Shown in pieces: positions 57,465 to 64,000 of a stretch of 64,000 bases of DNA (position 1 is its first letter; each line of letters starts with the position of its first letter). The notes below the pieces were generated by a model. That model made no database searches. It worked only from the letters and a program-made list of their open reading frames with translations, and was not told the origin of the DNA. Source of the stretch: an uncultured Candidatus Saccharibacteria bacterium (GTDB taxonomy: Bacteria; Patescibacteriota; Minisyncoccia; Phycocordibacterales; DATDWN01); the NCBI GenBank assembly GCA_964551495.1, contig CAZKCA010000003.1, positions 4,535-68,534 of the forward strand, read 5' to 3'. A program made the translations under genes and the position numbers.

Positions 57465-58184
57465 ATGGAAATCAATATTTTATACGAAAACTCTGATTTT
57501 TTGGTTATAAATAAACCGTCTGGAATTATGGTGCATGGAGATGGTAGAACCAAAGAAAAAACAGTTGTAGATTGGTTTATTTCAAGATATCCAGAAAGTA
57601 AAGGGATTGGTGAACCAGCTAGAGATAACAAAGGTAATCCAATAGAAAGATCTGGTGTTATACATAGATTGGACAAAGAGACTTCAGGTGCTTTAATTTT
57701 GGTAAAAACAAAAGAGGGTTTTGAAAGTATAAAATCACAATTTAAAAATCATCAAGTTAAAAAAGAGTACCATGCTTTTCTTATAGGTGAATTAAAAGAA
57801 GATAAAGGTGTTATAAACAGACCAATCGGAAGAAGTTCGAGTGATTTTAGAAAATGGTCGGCTCAAAGGGGAGCAAGAGGAGAGCTGAGGGAGGCTATTA
57901 CAGAATATGAAGTAATTTTTAAAAAAAGTGGGGTTTCTTTTGTTAAAGTTTTTCCAAAGACCGGGAGGACTCATCAAATAAGAGTACACTTTAAGGCTAT
58001 AAATTATCCTTTAGTTGCTGATAATTTATATGGTCCAAGTAAACAAAATGAATTGGGTTTCCAAAGGACGGCTCTTCATGCCTATTCTATAGGCTTTAAT
58101 AATCTAGATGGTCACGGTGTTGTTGTATCAGCCCCTTATCCAGAAGACTTTATTGTTGCTTTAGATAAGTTGCAAAGTAAATAA
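57465..58184 (+). CDS. RluA-family pseudouridine synthase
   Basis: Catalytic motif HRLDKETSGALIL and the conserved KEYHAFL region. No S4 domain. Confidence 0.8.
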   Translation: MEINILYENSDFLVINKPSGIMVHGDGRTKEKTVVDWFISRYPESKGIGEPARDNKGNPIERSGVIHRLDKETSGALILVKTKEGFESIKSQFKNHQVKKEYHAFLIGELKEDKGVINRPIGRSSSDFRKWSAQRGARGELREAITEYEVIFKKSGVSFVKVFPKTGRTHQIRVHFKAINYPLVADNLYGPSKQNELGFQRTALHAYSIGFNNLDGHGVVVSAPYPEDFIVALDKLQSK

Positions 58185-58208
58185 TCTTGTGTTAGATTTG
58201 TAGTCACT

Positions 58209-58646
58209 ATGGCAAAAACAGTTTTGTCTCCAGTAAATATAGCTCAAAGGAAAGCTCTTGATATAAGGTCTGGAGATACGGTATTAGTTCAACAGAAAAT
58301 TGTTGAAAAAGATAAAAAAACAGGAAAAATGAAGACTAGACTTCAGGCTTTTGAAGGTTTAGTTATTGCTGTAAAACATGGAAAAGAAGCAGGTGGAACA
58401 TTTACAGTAAGAAAAGTTTCTCTTGGTGTAGGAGTAGAAAAGATTTTTCCTATATATTCTCCAATGATTGATTCTATAGAAGTTGTTAAAAGATCTAAGG
58501 TTCGTAGAGCAAAGCTGTATCACATAAGAGATAAGGCATCTAAAGAAATTAGGAGACAAATGAGAAATATAAGAGAACTTCCAGATACTCCAGAAATACA
58601 AGAGGAAATAAAAGAAGAGGTTAAAGAAGTAGAAGAAGTAAAATAA
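58209..58646 (+). CDS. rplS: 50S ribosomal protein L19 with a C-terminal charged extension
   Basis: The core [12 protein letters not shown]...[60 protein letters not shown] is L19. A terminator hairpin lies at 58647-58670. Confidence 0.85.
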   Translation: MAKTVLSPVNIAQRKALDIRSGDTVLVQQKIVEKDKKTGKMKTRLQAFEGLVIAVKHGKEAGGTFTVRKVSLGVGVEKIFPIYSPMIDSIEVVKRSKVRRAKLYHIRDKASKEIRRQMRNIRELPDTPEIQEEIKEEVKEVEEVK

Positions 58647-58721
58647 AAATCCCGAAAGGGATTTTTTTGAATTGTTAATTAGTAGACTATATTGTTTGAG
58701 ATCATGTTATAATTAGTTAAA

Positions 58722-59384
58722 ATGAATAGGGGACCAAAACCTAAAAAAATCATAAACGATAAATGGAGTTCGGAATTATCTTATGCGGTAGGTCTTATTG
58801 TTGCCGATGGTTGTTTATGTAACGATGGTCTACTTATTGACTTTACTTCAAAAGACAAAGATCAAATTATAAATTATTTAAAATGCCTTAATTTAAATAA
58901 AAAAATTGGTTTAAAGAGAAATAACAAATCAGTCTGTTTTAGGGTACAGTTTAAAAATAAAATTTTTTATAATTTTTTGTTATCTATTGGGTTGACATCT
59001 AAAAAATCTTTAACCATTAAAAAAATATTAGTTCCAGATGCTTATTTTTATGATTTTTTAAGAGGATACTTTGATGGGGATGGATGTAGCTATTCTTATA
59101 AAGACAAAAGATGGAAATCTAGTTTTATGTTTTATATATCTTTTTCTTCGGGTTCAATGGATTTTTTAGAGTGGATTCGTCTAAAATTGAATAGTCTTAT
59201 AGGAGTAAAAGGTCATATAAGTATTAATAAAGTTAAAAAAAATAATATACAACTTAAATATTCAAAACATGAAGCAATAAAAATTTTGAGAAAAATTTAT
59301 TACAAGGAAGATGTTATTTGTTTAAAAAGAAAAAAATTGAAAATTATTAATTCTTTAGATATTATAGGTAAAAAATTTATTTAA
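58722..59384 (+). CDS. free-standing LAGLIDADG-family homing endonuclease
   Basis: Two LAGLIDADG-type motifs (AVGLIVADGCL and LRGYFDGDGCS) in a 220-aa protein. It ends 6 nt before tRNA-Leu. Confidence 0.7.
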   Translation: MNRGPKPKKIINDKWSSELSYAVGLIVADGCLCNDGLLIDFTSKDKDQIINYLKCLNLNKKIGLKRNNKSVCFRVQFKNKIFYNFLLSIGLTSKKSLTIKKILVPDAYFYDFLRGYFDGDGCSYSYKDKRWKSSFMFYISFSSGSMDFLEWIRLKLNSLIGVKGHISINKVKKNNIQLKYSKHEAIKILRKIYYKEDVICLKRKKLKIINSLDIIGKKFI

Positions 59385-59390
59385 ATTTAT

Positions 59391-59475
59391 GCGCGAGTGG
59401 CGAAATTAGAAGACGCACTGCCATGAGGTGGCAGCACTCTAGGGTGTGCAGGTGCAAGTCCTGTCTCGCGCACCA
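59391..59475 (+). tRNA. tRNA-Leu (anticodon GAG), type II, CCA encoded
   Basis: Acceptor GCGCGAG/CTCGCGC, anticodon stem CTGCC/GGCAG around loop ATGAGGT, a long variable arm, T-arm GCAGGTGCAAGTCCTGT, and a terminal CCA. Confidence 0.75.
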
Positions 59476-59535
59476 GAATTGAATTAAGTGGTTTTTCTGG
59501 AAAGTTGTTATATTATTTTGCTATAATAGAATCTC

Positions 59536-60198
59536 ATGAATTCTTTCCAGATAAAGGTATTGGCTGTGGCCTCTATGATAGTTGACCATGTTGGATTTGT
59601 TTTCTTTCCGCAGGTTACAATACTTCGAGTTTTTGGAAGACTAGCTTTTCCTTTGTTTGCTCTTCTTATAAGTGAAGGTTTTATAAAAACTAGCAACAGA
59701 AGAAGATATTTTTTTAGACTGACCACTTTTGCTATATATTCACATATCCCTTATATATTTATGATTCGTGCTGGTGGTGGGGTGGGGTATCAGATAAATA
59801 TATTTTTTACACTGAGCGCAGGTCTTTTGTGTTTGATCCTGTTGGATAAATATAAAAATATTTTTATTCGGGTTTTTATTGTAGGATTTGCTCTACTTGT
59901 GGCTATGTATTTCAGATTTGAATATGGTGCATATGGAATACTTCTAATTCTTTCAAGTTATCTATTTATCAAATCACATACAAAAGGTTTAATGGCTATT
60001 TTGCCAATAAGTCTTACAAATGCTTTTTATAGAGCATATTATCTAGGTACTTATCTACAAGTTTATGCTTTAGCTGCCATTCCTTTTATGTATATGTATA
60101 ATGGCCAAAAAGGTCCAGACGGTTATAGAAATTGGTTTTATTATATTTATCCTGTTCATATGCTTGCCATTGCTTTATTAGCTTATTTGATAAAATAA
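59536..60198 (+). CDS. TraX-family membrane protein
   Basis: Polytopic membrane protein whose N-terminus IKVLAVASMIVDHVGFVFFP...RLAFPLFALLISEGF fits the TraX family (PF05857) pattern. Confidence 0.5.
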   Translation: MNSFQIKVLAVASMIVDHVGFVFFPQVTILRVFGRLAFPLFALLISEGFIKTSNRRRYFFRLTTFAIYSHIPYIFMIRAGGGVGYQINIFFTLSAGLLCLILLDKYKNIFIRVFIVGFALLVAMYFRFEYGAYGILLILSSYLFIKSHTKGLMAILPISLTNAFYRAYYLGTYLQVYALAAIPFMYMYNGQKGPDGYRNWFYYIYPVHMLAIALLAYLIK

Positions 60199-60202
60199 AT
60201 TT

Positions 60203-60754
60203 ATGTTATATACAAGAAAAGGGGACGATGGAACAACAAAAACTTTTGAAGCAAAACAAAGAATTTCTAAAAGTTCTTCTGTGGCAGAAGCCCTTGGTTC
60301 ATTAGATGAGATAAATTCTTTTTTAGGTTTATGCAAGGTCAGATCAAAGGAGCTTGGTTTTAAAGTAGGCGACAGAAATTTTGATGAAATTGTCCATCAA
60401 ATACAAAAAAATCTTTTTATTGCCCAAGCAGAGATAGCCGGATCAAAAATGTCTATAACTGAGGACAAGGTTAAAGATGTAGAATCAACAATAGATTACA
60501 TAGAAAAATTACTACCACCCATAACAACATTTTTTATTTCTGGAGGGTCAGAATTAGCAGCCACCTTTGATATTGCAAGAACTATTTCTAGGAGAGCAGA
60601 AAGAAGGGTAGTAGCTGTTTTTGAAGAAGGAGAGGTTTCTGTAGGACAATACACAAAAGCCTATTTAAATCGTTTATCTAGTATACTTTATGCTCTAGCT
60701 AGACTTTCAAACCATTTATCTGGTATAAATGAGGAAGCTCCTGATTATAAATAG
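60203..60754 (+). CDS. PduO-type ATP:cob(I)alamin adenosyltransferase family protein
   Basis: MLYTRKGDDGTTKTF... is the PduO/MMAB N-terminal signature (YTRTGDxGxT). 183 aa. Confidence 0.7.
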   Translation: MLYTRKGDDGTTKTFEAKQRISKSSSVAEALGSLDEINSFLGLCKVRSKELGFKVGDRNFDEIVHQIQKNLFIAQAEIAGSKMSITEDKVKDVESTIDYIEKLLPPITTFFISGGSELAATFDIARTISRRAERRVVAVFEEGEVSVGQYTKAYLNRLSSILYALARLSNHLSGINEEAPDYK

Positions 60755-60763
60755 GAGAATAAT

Positions 60764-60838
60764 GGTGGCTATGGTGTAGCGGTAGCACGCGAGCTTGTGG
60801 AGCTCTCTGTCTGGGTTCAACTCCCAGTAGCCACCCCA
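60764..60838 (+). tRNA. tRNA-His (anticodon GTG) with the characteristic G-1 and encoded CCA
   Basis: The extra 5' G pairs with the C73 discriminator, giving an 8-bp acceptor stem (GGTGGCTA/TAGCCACC). Anticodon loop TTGTGGA, T-arm CTGGGTTCAACTCCCAG, and a terminal CCA. Confidence 0.8.
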
Positions 60839-61228
60839 GTGAATTTATCTAATAAAAATTTTTATAAAACATCTGCAAATTTTGTTTTTGTTTTGCATTT
60901 TGTGCTTGTTTTAATTGTTGTTTTTGGCTGGCTTGCCCCAGGACAGTTTTTCTACGTTTTTCTAACTTTTTTTGCTCTTACTCTTATTTCTGAAATTACT
61001 TTTGGATATTGTGTTTTGACTAAAATAGAGTTTGACTTAAGAAGAAAAATTGACCCAAATCAAAAATTTGATAAATCTTGCATAGCTCATTATGTCCGCA
61101 AATGGAAAGGTCTTCCTCCTAGAGAACCTTTTGTTGGTCAAAAAAACTTTTTTCAAAAAAATTCTTTTATATTTATCATGCTAGGACTGCTGATCATTAG
61201 TTTGTTGTGGAGGGTTTTTGTATATTAA
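60797..61228 (+). CDS. small membrane protein (start unresolved because it overlaps tRNA-His)
   Basis: Two TM helices and an FGYCVLTKIEFDLRRK segment. The listed ATG lies inside tRNA-His, so the true start is probably a downstream or non-ATG codon. Confidence 0.35.
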   Translation: MELSVWVQLPVATPVNLSNKNFYKTSANFVFVLHFVLVLIVVFGWLAPGQFFYVFLTFFALTLISEITFGYCVLTKIEFDLRRKIDPNQKFDKSCIAHYVRKWKGLPPREPFVGQKNFFQKNSFIFIMLGLLIISLLWRVFVY

Positions 61229-61255
61229 AACACAATCTATTGTTATAATATACAT

Positions 61256-61768
61256 ATGAAAAAGTTTTTTGGTCTGTTATTTATTTTAGTTTTAATACTT
61301 TTAGCTTTTTTGCTTGGTGTTAGTTTAAAAAAAGAAAATAAATATATTCCACCTGAGGCTGTTGCTATTATGTTTTTCAGAAATCTTTCAGATGGTAAAT
61401 ACGAAGAAGCTTTAAAATATTATGGAGGTAGTTTTGAAACTTTGCAAAACTGGAATCCGGAAGTTTCTTCATCTGATCAACTTGAATTAATAAAAAGAGG
61501 CTGTGAACAAAATGGTCTTAATTGTCTTCCTTTGAGAACAATAATTATTGACCCTTCAATTTCTGTTCAAGGTTTAAATGAAGAAGGTTTATATGACAGA
61601 ATTACACCTTATACTGTTACTTTTGAAAAAAAAGAAGGGGGTTTGTTTGAAGTAGGTCCTTGTTGTGGAGAAGAAGACACAGGAGAAAGATTTAGTCAGT
61701 TTACTGTTTTTATTGCTGAAAAAGAAGGAAGTTACATTGTTTTAACACTACCACCTTATACTCCTTAA
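61256..61768 (+). CDS. secreted protein (hypothetical)
   Basis: Signal/anchor MKKFFGLLFILVLILLAFLLGV. Confidence 0.4.
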   Translation: MKKFFGLLFILVLILLAFLLGVSLKKENKYIPPEAVAIMFFRNLSDGKYEEALKYYGGSFETLQNWNPEVSSSDQLELIKRGCEQNGLNCLPLRTIIIDPSISVQGLNEEGLYDRITPYTVTFEKKEGGLFEVGPCCGEEDTGERFSQFTVFIAEKEGSYIVLTLPPYTP

Positions 61769-62733
61769 TACTTTATTAAAGTGGTTAGAACAAAAATTAG
61801 ATAGATGGACAAAAGAATTACACTTTCTTTTGTTGTAATTTTTTGTTGGGTTTTTGTTGATATAAAAAAAGCAATAATAGCTAGACTTAGAAATATTCTA
61901 CTTATCGCAAAAGAATCCAAACTTGAGGTACTTATTGGGTTTATTATTGTTACTATTCCTAAAATAAGAGAGGCTGGAATAATAACTGCCCCCATGAGGT
62001 TACCAAGTATCATAAAAGTTTCTCCTCTTTTGGCTGAATAGATTGCAAAATACACTTCAGGTAAGGCGCTTCCAAAACCTATTATAAGAGAGCCAACAAT
62101 AACCAAAGGTAAACCAAAACTGCTTGCTATGAATGTTGAAGAAAGGACAATTCCTTGGGCAGAAATAAAAAGAAGAAAAGCTCCAGAAAATATTTTGAAT
62201 GTGTCTTTTAATCCTTCTCTAACGCTCATTATCATACTGTGCTTAGGTTCAGGGTCTATTGTTTTTGAAAATCTTTCTCTTTTTGAAAATAACCAAAATA
62301 TATAAATAAAGAAAAAAAGTATCAATATAAAACCGTCGGGTCTAGAAAGTGTTCCGTCGAGTATTAGTATTATTGGCAATATTGCAGCCCCAAATGTAAA
62401 AATAGAAGTTGATTGAATTGTTCTGCTTTCAGCAGAGATCTCTTTATTTGGAGAAAATAATACAGCTAAACCAACAGCAAGAGTTAAAGCAATTAGATTG
62501 TTACCCATTATGTCACCAAATGAAAGTTCAGGTATGCCTTGCAGTGCGGAAGTTACTCCAACAAAAAGATTTGGTAATGAAGCCGCAACTGCCATAACAA
62601 AAAAGGCTACAACAAATTCTTTTAATCCAAAAAATCTCGATAATCTAACTAAACCATTAACAATTATTTCTCCGGAAAAGTATAAAAGTCCACAAGAAGA
62701 AAGAAAGATAATTATATTTATAAAAAATTCCAT
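61765..62733 (-). CDS. CaCA-family cation/Ca2+ exchanger (YrbG-like)
   Basis: Ten TM helices with two alpha-repeat motifs (GDIMGNNLIALTLAVGL and GSALPEVYFAIYSAKRGE). Confidence 0.7.
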   Translation of the reverse strand: MEFFINIIIFLSSCGLLYFSGEIIVNGLVRLSRFFGLKEFVVAFFVMAVAASLPNLFVGVTSALQGIPELSFGDIMGNNLIALTLAVGLAVLFSPNKEISAESRTIQSTSIFTFGAAILPIILILDGTLSRPDGFILILFFFIYIFWLFSKRERFSKTIDPEPKHSMIMSVREGLKDTFKIFSGAFLLFISAQGIVLSSTFIASSFGLPLVIVGSLIIGFGSALPEVYFAIYSAKRGETFMILGNLMGAVIIPASLILGIVTIINPISTSSLDSFAISRIFLSLAIIAFFISTKTQQKITTKESVILLSIYLIFVLTTLIKY

Positions 62734-62804
62734 AATAATTAGATTTTAACATTTTTATAAAAAATTGGATGTAAACATTTGTTATATAGGATATAATTAT
62801 TCTT

Positions 62805-63293
62805 ATGAAAAATTCAAAAAATATTATTATTGTTTTAATAGCGGTTTTAATACTAGCTGTTCTTTTTTATGTTTATTTTGCTGCTAGGGTAAATAATCAG
62901 AATATTAATTCTGAGACACCCGAAACACAGGAGACAAATCAAAACACACAAACCCAAAATAACACATCTAATAATAGGGAAGCATCAACAAAAGCAGAGA
63001 GCAAATCATTTATAGGAATAGATGGTATTTATGTTGTTAGATATACAGATGAGGGTTTTGTTCCTTCTAGTATACAAATAGCAAAAGGTAAAAGTATTCG
63101 TTTTGTAAATCAATCTTCAAAAGGTATGAGAATTTTCTTTGAGGAGCAATCACAAACAGGCACAAAAGAATATAATCAACCAGAAACAGTTGGAAATGGT
63201 TCTACATACACAATGTCTTTTGTTAACGGTGGTTTGTGGGTTTATTACAATAGTACCTTTCCAACACACAGGGCTAATATTTTAGTCTATTAA
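62805..63293 (+). CDS. membrane-anchored extracytoplasmic protein (hypothetical)
   Basis: N-terminal TM helix, a Thr/Gln/Asn-rich linker, and a beta-rich C-terminal domain. Confidence 0.4.
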   Translation: MKNSKNIIIVLIAVLILAVLFYVYFAARVNNQNINSETPETQETNQNTQTQNNTSNNREASTKAESKSFIGIDGIYVVRYTDEGFVPSSIQIAKGKSIRFVNQSSKGMRIFFEEQSQTGTKEYNQPETVGNGSTYTMSFVNGGLWVYYNSTFPTHRANILVY

Positions 63294-63299
63294 AAAAAT

Positions 63300-63827
63300 A
63301 TGAGTGATTTTATTTCTTATCTTGAAACTAAAAAGTATCAAACTAAATATAGGGCTCATTTTATAACTATTACTTCTGATATAGAAGAAGTAATAAAAAA
63401 ATCTGGAGTCAAAAGAGGTTCTGTTGTTGTTCAAACACACCACACAACTTGTGGTGTTTGGATAAATGAAGATGAAAAAAACCTAATAGGTCCTTCTGAG
63501 GAATTAGGTTATACCGCTGATTTAAAAAAGATTCTAGATAATTTTGCCAGCCCTACTTTAGAATATGGTCATAATGATGTTTGTGATCCAGCAAATCCAA
63601 ACGGAAAAAGAAATACTCATCTTTGTGAACCAGATGAAGATGGGATAATCCACGAGTGTATAAACGGTCATTCTCATGCGCAAGCTCTATTAATACACCC
63701 GTCCCTCTCTTGCATTGTAGAAGATGGAAAGCTATTAAAAGGCCATTGGCAACAAATAATGCTTGTTGAACTTGACCATGACAGGGAAAGAACTATATCT
63801 TTCCTGGTACAAGGTATAAAAGGTTAA
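63300..63827 (+). CDS. YjbQ/UPF0047-family protein (secondary thiamine-phosphate synthase-like)
   Basis: Conserved Cys/His pattern (HTTCGVWINEDE...HNDVCDPANPNG...INGHSHAQAL) typical of the YjbQ family. Confidence 0.65.
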   Translation: MSDFISYLETKKYQTKYRAHFITITSDIEEVIKKSGVKRGSVVVQTHHTTCGVWINEDEKNLIGPSEELGYTADLKKILDNFASPTLEYGHNDVCDPANPNGKRNTHLCEPDEDGIIHECINGHSHAQALLIHPSLSCIVEDGKLLKGHWQQIMLVELDHDRERTISFLVQGIKG

Positions 63828-63837
63828 ATTAAAAACA

Positions 63838-64000
63838 TGAACATACTAAAGGCTTCCAAAGATTATGAACTCCTAGACAGTGGGGAAGGTTTAAAACTTG
63901 AAAGATATGGTCAATTTAAAATTTCTCGACCAGATCCTCAGGCTATTTGGAACAAGAATAAAAATGAAGCTTGGGATAATTTAGATTTTGTTTTTGAGCA
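63838..64000 (+). CDS. 5' part of an RlmI/RlmK-like rRNA methyltransferase, truncated by the window end
   Basis: ATG at 63838. N-terminus MNILKASKDYELLDSGEGLKLERYGQFKISRPDPQAIW matches the RlmI-like PUA-domain start. The ORF continues past nt 64000. Confidence 0.5.

Noticed and set aside
1-64000. CRISPR arrays
   Set aside because: No regularly spaced direct repeats of CRISPR type seen anywhere in the window.

Overview
The window is AT-rich (about 30% GC) with compact genes, consistent with a reduced, CPR/Saccharibacteria-like bacterium; that lineage call is inference from gene content only. The backbone carries the chromosomal origin region: rpmH-rnpA-yidC on the minus strand diverge from dnaA-dnaN on the plus strand, with DnaA-box-like 9-mers in both flanking intergenic regions. 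Upstream of this sits a Gram-positive-style type IV secretion cluster: a VirB6/TrbL-like protein, a PrgI/VirB3-like protein, a VirB4 ATPase split into two ORFs, and secreted and pilin-like proteins. Housekeeping genes include PBP1A, tyrS, ruvC/yebC/ruvB/ruvA, polA, tsaE, holA-like, mutM, rpsT, rplS, an RluA-family pseudouridine synthase, NDH-2, and type IV pilus genes (pilB, plus pilM/N/O-like). There are eight tRNAs: Lys, Thr, two Arg, Ser, Val, Leu and His (His shows the characteristic G-1). The main finding is a roughly 18.9-kb GC-rich island (34394..53296, about 50-65% GC) inserted at the 3' end of tRNA-Ser(TGA) and bounded by 18-bp direct repeats. It carries a complete diversity-generating retroelement: a target gene whose C-terminal VR (40738..40868) differs from the TR (41282..41412) at 17 positions, all at TR adenines, plus an Avd-like gene and a DGR-type RT. 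The island also holds two phage-type DNA methyltransferases (one ParB-fused), a PD-(D/E)xK nuclease-like protein, a large serine recombinase, and a sigma factor/Hsp20/ClpB-like/HtrA proteostasis cassette. Other points of interest: a candidate small RNA with alternative pairings, a GC-rich structured locus around tRNA-Lys that shares a roughly 40-nt repeat with the tRNA-Thr/tRNA-Arg spacer, a free-standing LAGLIDADG endonuclease next to tRNA-Leu, and a compositionally foreign secreted-protein gene with a textbook promoter.
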